Made by a program: the position numbers and the translations under genes. Below, piece by piece: positions 35,272 to 64,000 of a DNA stretch of 64,000 bases. The DNA is taken from NCBI GenBank assembly GCA_020137815.1, contig CM035357.1, positions 1,488,001 through 1,552,000 on the forward strand. Direction: 5' to 3'. Positions within the stretch are counted from its first letter, which is position 1. Each line of letters starts with the position of its first letter. A model generated the notes under the pieces. It did no database searches, was not told the DNA's origin, and saw only the letters and a program-made list of their open reading frames with translations. The stretch is from Hormiphora californensis. Taxonomy: Eukaryota; Animalia; Ctenophora.

Positions 35272-35662
35272 GTTTGTATAAAAGGGGGATGGCGGGGGTA
35301 TACATGTGTGATGGGGTATACATGGGGTACACACGGGGACAGTGGGTGATGGGGTACACACAGGGACAGTGGGCTGACTCTCTCCCTTAGCAGAGCTGCT
35401 AGGGAGAGAGAATCAGCCCAGGACAATGGTGTTAGGCGATACTTGTATCTTATTTTCCTTACCTAAAGATATCAAATATATGTAATTATGAAGACCATGG
35501 CTATGAATGTTTATGTCAAACTGAGGACCAAACAAAATGAAATATGGATGCTGGAAGTCGGGACGACTCTACTGAAAAGTTAAGTTTGCTTTTATAATTG
35601 CCCTCCCATCTTATTAACCGTGAACCAATCTCGAAACTGTGTTATCTGCCCGAACTTTCCTT

Positions 35663-38338
35663 CAGGAACAATGGAACTAGGAGCCAGGAACAATGGAACT
35701 AGGAGCCAGGAACAATGGAACTAGGAGCCAGGAACAATGGAACTAGGAGCCAGGAACAATGGAACTGGGAGCCAGGAACAATGGAACTAGGAGCCAGTAA
35801 CAATGGGACTAGGAGCCAGGAACAATGGAACTAGGAACCAGGAACAAAGGAACTAGGAACCAGGAACAATGGAACTAGGAACCAGGAACAATGGAACTAG
35901 GAGCCAGGAACAATGGAACTAGGAGCCAGGAACAATGGAACTAGGAGCCAGGAACAATGGAACTAGGAGCCAGGAACAATGGAACTAGGAGCCAGGAACA
36001 ATGGCACTAGGAGCCAGGAACAATGGAACTAGGAGCCAGGAACAATGGAACTAGGAGCCAGGAACAATGGAACTGAGAGCCAGAAACAATGGAACTAGGA
36101 GCCAGGAACAATGGAACTAGGAGCCAGGAACAATGGAACTAGGAGCCAGGAACATTGGAACTAGGAGCCAGGAACAATGGCACTAGGAGCCAGGAACAAT
36201 GGAACTAGGAGCCAGGAACAATGGAACTAGGAGCCAGGAACAATGGAACTAGGAGCCAGGAACAATGGAACTAGGAGCCAGGAACAATGGAACTAGGAGC
36301 CAGGAACAATGGAACTAGGAGCCAGGAACAATGGAACTAGGAGCCAGGAACAATGGAACTAGGAGCCAGGAACAATGGTACTAGGAGCCAGGAACAATGG
36401 AACTAGGAGCCAGGAACAATGGAACTAGGAGCCAGGAACAATGGAACTAGGAGCCAGGAACAATGGAACTAGGAGCTAGGAACAATGGAACTGGGAGCCA
36501 GGAACAATGGAACTAGGAGCCAGGAACAATGGAACTAGGAGCCAGGAACAATGGAACTAGGAGCCAGGAACAATGGAACTAGGAGCCAGGAACAATGGAA
36601 CTAGGAGCCAGGAACAATAGAACTAGGAGCCAGGAACAATGGAACTAGGAGCCAGGAACAATGGAACTAGGAGCCAGGAACAATGGCACTAGGAGCCAGG
36701 AACAATGGAAATAGGAGCCAGGAACAATGGAACTAGGAGCCAGGAACAATGGAACTAGGAGCCAGGAACAATGGAGCTAGCAGCCAGGAACAATGGAACT
36801 AGGAGCCAGGAACAATGGAACTAGGAGCCAGGAACAATGGAACTAGGAGCCAGGAACAATGGAACTAGGAGCCAGGAACAATGGAACTAGGAGCCAGGAA
36901 CAATGGTACTGGGAGCCAGGAACAATGGAACTAGGAGCCAGGAACAATGGAACTAGGAGCCAGGAACAATGGAACTAGGAGCCTGGAACAATGGAACTAG
37001 GAGCCAGGAACAATGGAACTAGGAGCCAGGAACAATGGAACTAGGAGCCAGGAACAATGGTACTAGGAGCCAGGAACAATGGAACTAGGAGCCAGGAACA
37101 ATGGAACTAGGAGCCAGGAACAATGGAACTAGGAGCCAGGAACAATGGAACTAGGAGCCAGGAACAATGGAACTAGGAGCCAGGAACAATGGAACTAGGA
37201 GCCAGGAACAATGGAACTAGGAGCCAGGAACAATGGAACTGGGAGCCAGGAACAATGGAACTAGGAGCCAGGAACAATGGAACTAGGAGCCAGGAATAAT
37301 GGAACTAGGAGCCAGGAACAATGGAACTAGGAGCCAGGAACAATGGAACTAGGAGCCAGGAACAATGGAACTAGGAGCCAGGAACAATGGAACTAGGAGC
37401 CAGGAATAATGGAACTAGGAGCCAGGAACAATGGAACTAGGAGCCAGGAACAATGGAACTAGGAGCCAGGAACAATGGAACTAGGAGCCAGGAACAATGG
37501 AACTGGGAGCCAGGAACAATGGAACTAGGAGCCAGGAACAATGGAACTAGGATCCAGGAACAATGGAACTGGGAGCCAGGAACAATGGAACTAGGAGCCA
37601 GGAACAATGGAACTGGGAGCCAGGAACAATGGAACTAGGAGCTAGGAACAATGGAACTGGGAGCCAGGAACAATGGAACTAGGAGCCAGGAACAATGGAA
37701 CTAGGAGCCAGGAACAATGGAACTAGGAGCTAGGAACAATGGAACTAGGAGCCAGGAACAATGGAACTAGGAGCCAGGAACAATGGAACTAGAAGCCAGG
37801 AACAATGGAACTAGGAGCCAGGAACAATGGAATTAGGAGCCAGGAATAATGGAACTGGGAGCCAGGAACAATGGTACTAGGAGCCAGGAATAATGGAACT
37901 AGGAGCCAGGAACAATGGAACAATGGGCCAGGAACAATGGCACTAGGAGCCAGGAACAATGGAACAGGGAGCCAGGAACTAGGAGCCAGGAACAATGGAA
38001 CTAGGAGCCAGGAACAATGGAACTAGGATCCAGGAACAATGGAACTAGGAGCCAGGAACAATGGAACTAGGAGCCAGGAACAATGGAACTAGGAGCCAGG
38101 GACAATGGAACTAGGAGCCAGGAACAATGGAACTAGGAGCCAGGAACAATGGAACTAGGAGCCAGGAACAATGGAACTAGGAGTCAGGAACAATGGAACT
38201 AGGAGCCAGGAACAATGGAGCTAGGAGCCAGGAACAATGGAACTAGGAGCCAGGAACAATGGAACTAGGAGCCAGGAACAATGGAACTAGGAGCCAGGAA
38301 CAATGAAATAGGAGCCAGGAACAATGGAACTAGGAGCC
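35663..38338 (+). repeat. 22-bp minisatellite (CCAGGAACAATGGAACTAGGAG)n, ~120 copies
   Basis: Highly homogeneous tandem array. Confidence 0.98.
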
Positions 38339-38613
38339 TATCTGAAATCGTCAATTTGAGTCCTAGGACTGGAAGTGGACCTAAAGTATTCTAACCTGCC
38401 CACCTCAACTCTTCCTTGTTTATGTTCTACTTCTATCAAAAGTTCTAATTCCTGACTCATCTGGGGCCACTGCACTTGTAGCGGTATTAACATTAAAATA
38501 CCGCAGTTATGTGTGACTACTGACTAAACTGTCAGACTTTTTAAAGTTTCAATGTTGTAAGTTGTAAATAATGAAGTTGCAAATGTTATATATTTTTTTA
38601 AATCGGCAGAAAA

Positions 38614-38773
38614 TGACTGATTGACTGACTGACTGACTGACTGACTGACTGACTGACTGACTGACTGACTGACTGACTGACTGACTGACTGACTGACTGA
38701 CTGACTGACTGACTGACTGACTGACTGACTGACTGACTGACTGACTGACTGACTGACTGACTGACTGACTGAC
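38614..38773. repeat. (GACT)n microsatellite
   Basis: Direct tetranucleotide run. Confidence 0.96.
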
Positions 38774-38965
38774 TTCATACCCAAGTACCATGATGTCTTA
38801 AGAGATGGGGAGGGTAGATCCAAGTAGAGGGCGATATCGAGTACAACAACGGAGCGTAGATCACAACTTCCTGCAAACGATATAGTGTGGTTAGGCTGGG
38901 TATTAGTTGCCATGCTACACAAACCACGTAGCCTCTCCAGGAAGCCAGAAGGAATCTAGTGATAG

Positions 38966-39395
38966 GGGGGAGACACACGTGTGCACACTGAGGTTGGTCG
39001 CGCGCGTTCAACTCTCAACCTCGAGACACACACTGAAGTTCGAAGTTCGAAGTTTCGCGGAAAAGTTCAAAGTTTCGCGAAAACCCATTTTCGGCTGATA
39101 AATCATTTGTAAGATGCTAGTATATTTACTGGTACATCTCTCGAGGTGTCCTTTATCAATACCGGGTCAATTTCACCGTTTTTAAAATTTTTGGTGAATT
39201 GGGACAACTGTGACCGGATTAGCCAAAAATTTCAAAATTTTCGAGAGATGTCCCAGTAAATAAGTTAGCCTCTTACAAATGATTTCTCAGCCGAAAATGG
39301 GTTTTCGCGAAACTTCGAACTTCGAACTTCAGTGTGTGTCGCGAGGTTGAGAATTGAACCGGAACGAGCGTGCCCAACTTCAGTGTGTCTCCCGC
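38966..39395. mobile_element. Palindromic MITE
   Basis: GGGAGACACAC...CTGAAGTTCGAAGTTCGAAGTTTCGCG is mirrored by CGCGAAACTTCGAACTTCGAACTTCAG...GTGTGTCTCCC. A related fragment lies at ~2245-2395. Confidence 0.75.
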
Positions 39396-40171
39396 CAAAG
39401 CTTAACTGACAAACTTGGCTGCGATTGGACTTATTTGGACCCTGATATTCCTATAAATTCCCCCGATTTATATTTGCTTTACCGTGAAATGTTTGACATG
39501 CTACACAGTCCCTTGCAGTATAGTTGTTTGCGCTAAATCTCATGATAGTGGTTAGCGGCGCTATAACTTAAAGTACAGCTGCATCGCTGCAAGGGACGGT
39601 GCAGGATGTTCAGAAATGCCCATATATGGTTCGGTAAATCGAGGTCCAGCTGCAGTTGACTATTTTGATCTATCTCGTTTTAACAATTTAAATTGTCTAG
39701 GTTTTCAAATAGTGGCAACATCCAATTAAATCTTTAATTTACATTTTACAAGTCTCAAAACAAGTCTCAAAACATAACCACATATATTTCCTCTCTCGGT
39801 TTCTCTCGATTAATAAATTCTACGTCAGTAATCTCTCAGTGCAAGTGAGACTCTCGCATCGCTCAAAAATATCTCAATTTCATCTTTTTCTCGCTCAGTC
39901 TCGTGCACCAAATCTTTACATAGTCAAGAATACACACAAACAAACAAACAAGTTTTTACACACTCTAAACAGTACAAGACCGAGGTTTCTAAAAATCGTA
40001 AAAATCAAATCAATGCGTTACATTTCACAAACGCATTTCAGTCACGTGCAAGTGTTATTTAGTGTCTAGGGGATGAACACATGATCCGAAGGGGGCCGGG
40101 TGAGGAGGGAAGGGCCGCATCCAGTTTTGCTGACAGTTGCTTCCTTGCTTGTTGAAGGGTCGAATGGTTAG

Positions 40172-56277
<16,106 letters not shown>

Positions 56278-57204
56278 GGTCTATTACAGGTGATTAGGTG
56301 TTAGTACTGATAGCGATATGAAACATATAAGCCATAAGGCATAAGCTTTGCTTGCATGAAGCAACAAGCACGAAAACAAAAAGAGCTATCTTCCCGCTAG
56401 GAGGAGTTACTGCGCGCACATTTGAATGGCAAGGAACGAGTGCTGAAAAGTGTACTTTACGCGCAGCCGAGGGAGCGCGCGCTACAAAACTCCTTTCTTC
56501 CGAAACACTGACTTGCAAGACAAGACACCGGCGACGGCCACTGCAGTTAAACTCGGCAGAGAATCAATGATGGGTAGAAGACAGTAGGACATTGAATAAG
56601 AGAATGGGAATAGAAGGATGGTTCGGCAGAATTGTGGGTTTTAACACAACACACGGTTTTACAATAAACCTCTAGGTCGTACCAACTTGGCAAAGAATTT
56701 CAATCAAGCAGCAGAAAGCAGTTCGATGCCAAAATGATAAACTGAGAGTCGATAGGAGGTGGGGGTGAGAGAGAAATACAAAATAGAGTGAGAGGAAAAA
56801 AGAGAGGGTGCATGCAAGGTGCAGAGCAAATGGCAAACAATTGTATTTACAATTTACACCTACTCAACGTCACACCTTATTTGCCCCAATTAGCTCTCTT
56901 TTATTGCTCTCTCACACATACTCTCTCTTCCCTCTCTCCCTCATACACTCTCTTCCCTCTCTCTCAGCTCTCTTCCCTATCTCTCGATCCTATTCTTTCA
57001 AACAACTTGTCTAACCAAAGTCATGTTTCGAACTATGATATCAGTAGCGATGCATGCCAGAGAAAGTCTTGCAAAACTCTGTGCGCTATTGTCCCTAAAA
57101 AGTCACTACATGTCATGAGCTGATGACGTGTCAGTCTACACAAAGACTGTATCCAGGGAAAGGGACGAAACATCAAGCACAGTTTACCAGATCTTTTCAA
57201 CATC

Positions 57205-57239
<35 letters not shown>

Positions 57240-57400
57240 AATACTCTCTCTCTCTCTAATACTCGCTCAATCAAGTAGCACTATTTAGTGACACGTCAAG
57301 ATGAACATGCAGAACTAAGAGTAGGCAGCAGGTAGACACAAGGATGTTTGAGCGGTCTAATTGAACAAGAAAGGCACTCCCACTCCTTCCGTGTGTGGAG

Positions 57401-57507
57401 CGGGAACCGACCGAAACAAGTAAACAACCAATCAGAACTCGTTATTTAGGTCACGTGACTGGTTATCAGCCAATCAGGGACCAGTATTTCCTGATTAGGT
57501 CGGTTCC
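57401..57507. mobile_element. hAT-like MITE, copy 6
   Basis: Same family; flanked by GTGTGGAG direct repeats. Confidence 0.85.
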
Positions 57508-58042
57508 GTGTGTGGAGCGGTACATGGGGGCACTAAACAGAAAACAGCAACAAGCAACTCCCACCTTTCTATCTAGTATCTATTTCTCTCTCTTTCCCTC
57601 TAATTGTGATAAGTGATTTGAATCGGAACAGTCGTGCTGCAAAGTACTGGGATGCTCACTAAAATATGCGATTTGAGATCTACTGCTGCAGAGAGGGGGA
57701 GGGGGTTTGTAAAAAACCAATTTAAAAATGGGTGGCCACCCTCCTCCTCCGCATTATGCACTATCTCTCTATCTCTATCTATCTTTAGACATCTATCTCG
57801 TTATTCGGGGGAGTGTTAAAAATCGGGTTTTAAACTGCACACTGTTCTCTATTATAAAATTACTACTGTCTTTCTTTCTCTCCAAGTTTATTCTCTCTCT
57901 CTTTCTCTCTATTTATACCTCTCTACTATCTTTCATCTGTAGTTTGAACCTCTCAGATTGCCGTACAGGTGTTGGAGGGGGAGGACGGTTAAATGGATAC
58001 ACAACTGATCATTGTGGGAGGGATGCCAGACACTCCCCCGTC

Positions 58043-58044
<2 letters not shown>

Positions 58045-58100
<56 letters not shown>

Positions 58101-58171
58101 GAGAGAGAGATAGAGTGAGAGAGAGAGAGAGAGAAACAGAGAGAGAGAGAGAGAGAAACAGAGAGAGAGAG

Positions 58172-58206
<35 letters not shown>

Positions 58207-58230
58207 CAGAGAGATTCAGAGAGATTGAGA
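58045..58230. repeat. (GA)n microsatellite
   Basis: Imperfect dinucleotide run. Confidence 0.93.
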
Positions 58231-59397
58231 GGTACAGAGAGAAAGTGAGCGACCGAGAGAGAGAGAGGGGGGATGGAAGTTTAGGCGGATATTCTGGAAC
58301 AGTGGGGGAGGGATTTCTGCGGTTATTGGATATCGTCTATTGTATCAGATGGACCGCGTGGGACCGGGGTAATTATTAAAAGATCGGAAAAGATACAATG
58401 GTTGGGGAGGTGGGAGGAAAAGAGAGTGAAGAGGGGGAGAAGAACAGAGAGCAGTTGGGGGGGAGTTATTGAAGTAATAACAGAGCTGTTCACTCAGCAA
58501 CTTATAGTAACCTTGTGCTGTTGCACAATATGAACAATACAATAGTAACCCAATAACTCCACCTCATTTGTCAGCTTGGTGACAGCTTTGAACTCTCCAC
58601 CTCTCCCCAGTCTCCATACCACTTGGGTGCTAATACATGGCATGAGGGGGGTCCTGCATCTCATTAGTGACATTACATAACGGGAATTGTGTCACTCAAA
58701 ATAGGACTTGGTCCAGGATTTTCTCGTCCAGAGGGATTTCAGCAATGGGCCAGTCTAGACAATGTCTAATACAACATTGTCTAGACTGGCCCAAAATAGA
58801 CTTTATAGTACCCTCATTTCAAGTGATAAAATCTACTTCTCTCTCACTACTTTTAACTTCAGAAGAAGAACTAAAACATATCCTGTCCGGTGCTCTTCAT
58901 TTTTTAACTGAGGTCTGTAATTTCATTTTACAAGAACCACCAATGAACAGATACATAGTTTTAATACCAATCCATATCATGTCTCTCTAGAACTCAGAAG
59001 CATAGTTTATAAAGTCGTTAGTAGTATTTGACACGTAGAGAGATAAAAAACAATTACATAGTACGGGGGCGGAGACAGTTCGTTCTGAATACTATCTTCA
59101 TTAAAATCACGTGGCAGAATCTGCACGTGTTAGAAGGGAAGTCGGCAACCGTGCACTATGAAGGAGATGATGAATATGAACTATGATCGGCGGCATAAAC
59201 ATAACATAGCTCTGGTACTACTGCAGTTCTCAAGACTCGTTAATACCCGACTGTACTATCTGAAACTAGAAAATAACCGGAACCGTATGAAATAATATTA
59301 TTTTCATCTCTTCTAATACATCTGCAATAATTTAATTAAAGGAAACTAAAGACAGACAGATGTTTAAAATCTTTTGGCCAATGTTTTCAGAACTTAA

Positions 59398-59619
59398 AGT
59401 GAGAGTGGACCGAATCAGAATTGGACAATTTAGTAAAACGCCATGATTGTTTCTATTCTGTTTTATACATACTGATTAAACAGGAGTTCTCCCAACATAA
59501 CAAAAATATCTCAGTGATGGGTGGGTCGATTTTGAGCGGCAAAAACGCAAAATGTTCAGAAAGCTAATCTCTACTACCTACAACAAACTTGTTCAATTCT
59601 GATTCGGTCCACTCTCACT
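59398..59619. mobile_element. TTAA-target MITE with AG...CT termini (Kolobok-like)
   Basis: TTAA-AGTGAGAGTGGACCGAATCAGAATTG...CAATTCTGATTCGGTCCACTCTCACT-TTAA. Confidence 0.82.
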
Positions 59620-60371
59620 TTAATCTGCTGACTAAATGACACAAATCACAAGAACCAGACTTGCAGATGCAATCAAAATCGCAGAACACGCAGAAAAAAT
59701 GAAAAAAAGGATCCTGGAACAAGATCTGAACAACGATGAACCACGACATTGAATACGCAAGACCACCCAATCAATACTGCAGACCAGACAGACACTAAAC
59801 CACAGACGCCTAACTTACCCACACAACGGCTGCCAAACTAGGAAACAAACGCAGAAGCCAAACACAAGTTCGCCGCGTCCAGAAAGAATCTAAGAGAACG
59901 CCGAAACAAACAACAGTGACCGGAACGCCGAAACAAACAACAGAGACCGGAAACAGAGACAAAATGAGCACTCGCACACAGCCTAGCCCCGGCCGGGAAT
60001 GCCCCGACCCTAGATCCCTCTATTCACGCGGAAGCTCTGCTGAGTGCGTTGTATTCATTTGTTATGTATACTAAAACTTATTTGTAATCTTGTAATCTTG
60101 TAATCTTGTAATCTTGTAATCTAACGGAACCAGCGTTGCTGTTTCTGATGAGAGGAGGATAGAGGAAGGGGCTGCCCCGGGCGGGGACAGGCCGTGGCTG
60201 TCTTCTTTTTCTTTCACAACTCTCGTGGGCTCCACCCACTTAGGGTTCACACCCGAGGGGGCCACTCACGAGCACTCACACCAGTGTCGACCAAATCGCA
60301 AAGACGAAAGTCGCGATAGTTCTTTAGGGTCTCACACCCGACACTCATAGAAGAAGAAGAAGAAGAAGAAG

Positions 60372-61897
60372 TGCTGCTGACCGGTGACCCAAAAACAGCG
60401 CTTTCCTAGCACAAATGATATAGCACGAATTGCTCTAAGCCAGAAAACGACCTAAAAATGCGTTTACGCACAGTGCAGCGTGGCGGACATTGCCAGTCAT
60501 TTTTCTCTTAGTTAAAGTAACAAACAGTTGAAATAAAATTTTTGGAGCTCAGCGCGCGCGTTCCAACATTTTAATAACAAACTTTACGCTGCATTTGCGT
60601 GCCGCGCTCTTGAACATAAAAAGCTGGCATGGCATTTTTTGCGTTTGGATTTTTAAAAAAGCTTGGATTTTTCAGGCCGGTCGCAGAGTTTTGAACCGGT
60701 CACCGGTCACCTTGAAAAGCGCTGCCTTATCCAGCAGCTTTTGCCAACCGGTCACCGGGCTGTTCCAGAAACCTGGAACAGTGTCCGGTGTCCCTTCAGT
60801 GCAACGAAGGCGTTGCGTCGCTGCACGCTCCTGAGGTCTGACTTTTGGGTTACACTGTTCACGTTTCAAACTTTTCAACACTACCTTAAACAAATTAATT
60901 TGAGTATCAGAAAGCCATGTACAAGTGACCACCCCTGGAAACTATGACTGAAGCCAACGAGAAAGCTATCCTGGGGAAGCAGAAGGCTATCCTGTCAGAG
61001 CTAAGTAAGGATTCTGATTGTGGTGATGAGGTTAAGTGCGTCCTGAAGGCCTACAACCCGGCAGCATGCAAAGAAGTATCAGACCAACCTGAATAACCTG
61101 GACAAGTTTGATGTTCCCGTCCTGGAGGAGGCTGCTGTTTTTCTGGGAGGTAAGCCCCGGACCGACGATGGTGTCAGCAGAAGGTACCGTAGCAAATCGA
61201 GCCTCATCGACTGGCTAATCATGGCTATCGAGGGTCTCTTCCCTCAGTTTTGCGAGGCCTGTGAGTTGGATTACTCATTGAAACGAGGAGAAAAATCCAG
61301 GTTGAACTGCAGTAGCTGTGGTGATGATAGCCACAACTGCCACCTAATCCATGAGCAGCCCAAGTGTAGTGTTCCTGGTTTTGTTTGGAATTGCTCAGGC
61401 TGTACTGAAAAGAACACACTGGAAACTTTCTCTGGCGAAAACGGGGAGTTTTCCAGTCCTCCTAAAAGTGCAGCTAGCGAGGCTAATGATGACAGTTTGA
61501 GGAGCAAGACGATTCATGGTTTTGTACCTAACTCTGCCAACCTAGTATTTCAACAGCACGCTAGACTGGGTATGCGGATAGTCCCACCACCTTACCCCTA
61601 TAGAGCAGAAACGAAACAAGCTAATCAATTTCACTGCTCATTTGGTCCAAGAGCAGCTCATTTATGGAACACTCTACCAGCTGCTGTCAATTCTTGTGTG
61701 AGCTTAGATCAGTTCAAATCATCATTGGGCAATTACTTGACAGGATTTCACGATCGTCCTCCAGTCAGAGGGTACCCGCCACTTCCAAATGACCTTTCGC
61801 CTCAATGTGCTGTGCTGTGCTGATGAGTGTGAGTGTGAAGGGATAGTTAACTTAATATTTATTTAGGTGGACCCATTCAGGGAAGGCCTGTTTCTTT
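60372..61897 (+). mobile_element. Internally deleted LINE (CR1/L2/Jockey group): ORF1 N-terminus with a PHD-like Cys/His finger fused to the extreme C-terminus of ORF2; boundaries approximate
   Basis: ORF1-like sequence from ATG 60944 has a frameshift at ~61080 and CEAC...CSSC...H.C...WNCSGC. From ~61510 it reads SFGPRAAHLWNTLP...SLDQFKSSLGNYL...DRPPVRGY, typical of LINE ORF2 ends. Confidence 0.68.
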
Positions 61898-61941
61898 ATA
61901 AATAAAACTTAAATTCTAAACTTGTAAACATTTCTTTTAGT

Positions 61942-63495
61942 ATGGCCAAGCCCTTAAAGTTGCAAATTAAGCGGAATAAACCGGAATCGATTCCACCGGT
62001 TGAATTTAACAGTAAACTCGTGGCTAAATGTTTCCTAAACTTGTCAAATGAGCAGTCTGAAGTGGAAACTGAAGAAGATTGGATAGACGAACTCTTTTTA
62101 CATTGTGATGATTCATTGAAAGGACTCTCAACTGGGGTGAAAAGAGTATCAAGATGGGCGAACGAGAATGAGTTTGATATGGATGATATTGATGTCGTTA
62201 CACTAAGAGGAACACTCCAATCCATTGCTACATATCCCTTTGATGATTATCGTGACCACTTCTCAATACTGATAACAACAAGAATTATTGCATTATGTAT
62301 TCATAATGCGGTGTTTCCCTGCCTCAAATGGATTTAAAATTGATGAATAAGCTTCAAAACTGGATTTCCTGATGAATTTTGTGCTCAAAGAGCATTTTTT
62401 GGCTGATGCGATGTTGGTTACTAAGGTAACTAGGTTAGTTGCTATGGTAACCAAAGCAGTTGCTATGGTAACCGAAGCAGATCCTATGGTAACCATTAAC
62501 CAAGACAGTTGTTATGGCAACCAAGGCAGTTGCTTAGGAGACCCCAGTTGGCTATCAAGTGCTTCAAATTTAACCGCATCTCAACTCGAGTCACTAGTGT
62601 GACAGTAGTTTCATGCTTGAATACGTTCTACAACTTCATGACATGGCTGTAGGGCGCCCAAAGTGATTTCAGGTGATAGTGGGAAGTGCTATCAGCGAGT
62701 AATTGCGCGCCACAAAGTGTGTTAATCATTTCCTTTGTTGAATCAACAAAGCGTGAGATGAAAGTTTTATGAAGGAGCAGACTTGTTGTTAGGCGTTGTC
62801 CGTGACGGACGGACGGACATTTAGTTAACCCCCACGATCTGCTGATTTCTAAACCCTGAATGATCTTTTTAGCACGTGCGTGCTAAAAACATCATCCGGG
62901 TGAATGCCCTTCGGGCATTCACCCGGGCAGGGAAAAAATAAGGAGCACTATTTTTATGGAGGATCAAAATCTCGAGGAACAAGGTCACAAACGACAAGAT
63001 CGCCATGTCGGGTTTTACACACAAAAAAATGGAAAAATTCTCTTAGATGGAGGTGAGAAGGATGAGTGGGATATTATTACAACATGCCAAATTGCCGGAT
63101 ATCGGTGTCTGGTAGCTGCCGAAGCAGCAGGCTGTGACGAGAATGGAGAGTTGGTGGAGGTAAAAGCACATCGCGTTATTAGCAGACTGGAGCAAAGACA
63201 CAGTTTTAGGAAAGGAAAGCTATTAAAGACCTACATTCTCTGCTATTTGGTCGGGGTTGAGCACATTTTGATTGGATTCCTTAACACAAAAGGGGACGTT
63301 GTGGAACGAAAAAGATACACGCTCCCTGAAATTGAAAATGAATGTATGAAATACTGGAACCGGGATTATCACATGGATTTCCTTGGCCAGGTCCTGGGCT
63401 GGGCACTACCTCAAGTATCGGAGGGTAAAGTTTACCAAATGGCGTACTATGGTGGAAACCAGATATCATTTAAAGAAGTAGACAATGCCAAATAA
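61942..63495 (+). pseudogene. DXO/Rai1 (Dom3Z)-family decapping nuclease paralogue, catalytically degenerate, split by an insertion
   Basis: DVVTLRGTL...ATYPF in 61942-62277 joins in frame to 62935-63495 (KIRSTIFMED...CLVAAEAAG...LVEVKA...KLLKTYILCYLVGV...GF...W...MDFL) once 62278-62934 is removed. Confidence 0.75.
62278..62934 (-). mobile_element. Helentron-associated (HINE/DINE-like) element inserted in the DXO-like coding sequence
   Basis: Sub-TIRs TTTCCCTGCC (~62314) and GGCAGGGAAA (~62926), terminal hairpin GCATTATG-TATT-CATAATGC, a (GGAC)n microsatellite at ~62805-62819, the palindrome CCGGGTGAATGCCC-TTC-GGGCATTCACCCGG, central tandem repeats, and an AA/TT target. Confidence 0.8.
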
Positions 63496-63692
63496 CACTT
63501 GGTTTTGGATATAAAATTTTTACATGTTTTTCTTAGCCGATTTTTGTAATGCAAATTTACGTTTTTTTTATAAGTGTTTTAACTAGTTTTATAATTTAAA
63601 CTTTGTTTTGTGAATTTAAATCACCTATTGGTAGCCCAAACGCAAACGTATACCCTCACCATCTTTCTTACGCCAGATATTGTCACCTGATT

Positions 63693-64000
63693 ATGAAGAC
63701 GTCCTTTAAGGTTCCACGAAACCACAGCTCTGCTTCCAAACCTGTCAAATTCAACAGTATCGAACTCGGTCGGTTCTCCCTCACGCCTACACGCGAGTAT
63801 TGCCCTGATGTTTCTGTTCCGAAGATAAAAAAGGTGGTCAAACTTCCTGCGGATCTAAACGAGGGATACAAAGAATATGAGGACAAACTGTTAGGTGGAG
63901 TTGACTGCATTTTCGAGTGGATTAGCAGGAATAAATTTGACACGGAATCCGTCGATTTGATCACATTCAGGGGTATCCTGAAGAAGATTGCAACAAGTGC
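63693..64000 (+). CDS. DXO/Rai1 (Dom3Z)-family protein, N-terminal part, running off the window
   Basis: MKTSFKVP...ELGRFSLTPTREY...DLNEGY...IFEWI...DLITFRGILKKIATS matches the DXO N-terminal pattern ELGxFSL...DLxxGY...VTWRGxLxK. The frame is open to the window end. Confidence 0.8.
   Translation, partial: MKTSFKVPRNHSSASKPVKFNSIELGRFSLTPTREYCPDVSVPKIKKVVKLPADLNEGYKEYEDKLLGGVDCIFEWISRNKFDTESVDLITFRGILKKIATS

Noticed and set aside
57105-57180. Hammerhead ribozyme-like CTGATGA...GAAAC
   Set aside because: Only 5 nt lie between the candidate GTC cleavage site and CTGATGA, so stem I cannot form, and stem II is unconvincing.
59635-60371. Retroelement 3' ends with (TTGTAATC)n and (GAA)n tails
   Set aside because: Plausible, but orientation, boundaries and family could not be established from sequence alone.

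Overview
This is eukaryotic (animal) genomic DNA with GT-AG introns, microsatellites and many small non-autonomous transposons. The repeat families and one protein domain suggest a ctenophore, which is an inference from recall and not tested. From left to right: (1) a 12-exon gene that splices in frame into a single class II HDAC domain followed by six C2H2 zinc fingers (304-5468); (2) a ~22 kb array of a 33-bp satellite carrying three insertions and low-quality stretches; (3) a long multi-exon secreted mosaic protein gene with Sushi domains; (4) a 22-bp satellite; (5) a 23-exon minus-strand kinesin (40172-56277) whose motor and neck look like kinesin-1 but whose FHA and stalk look like KIF14 (kinesin-3), and whose introns hold a PIM-like kinase, an Asn-rich LDLa protein and a possible microprotein; (6) an internally deleted LINE; (7) two tandem DXO/Rai1-like genes, the first degenerate and split by a Helentron-like insertion. 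The strongest novelty candidates are the chimeric kinesin and the HDAC-zinc-finger fusion. All gene models were spliced by hand and need RNA support.
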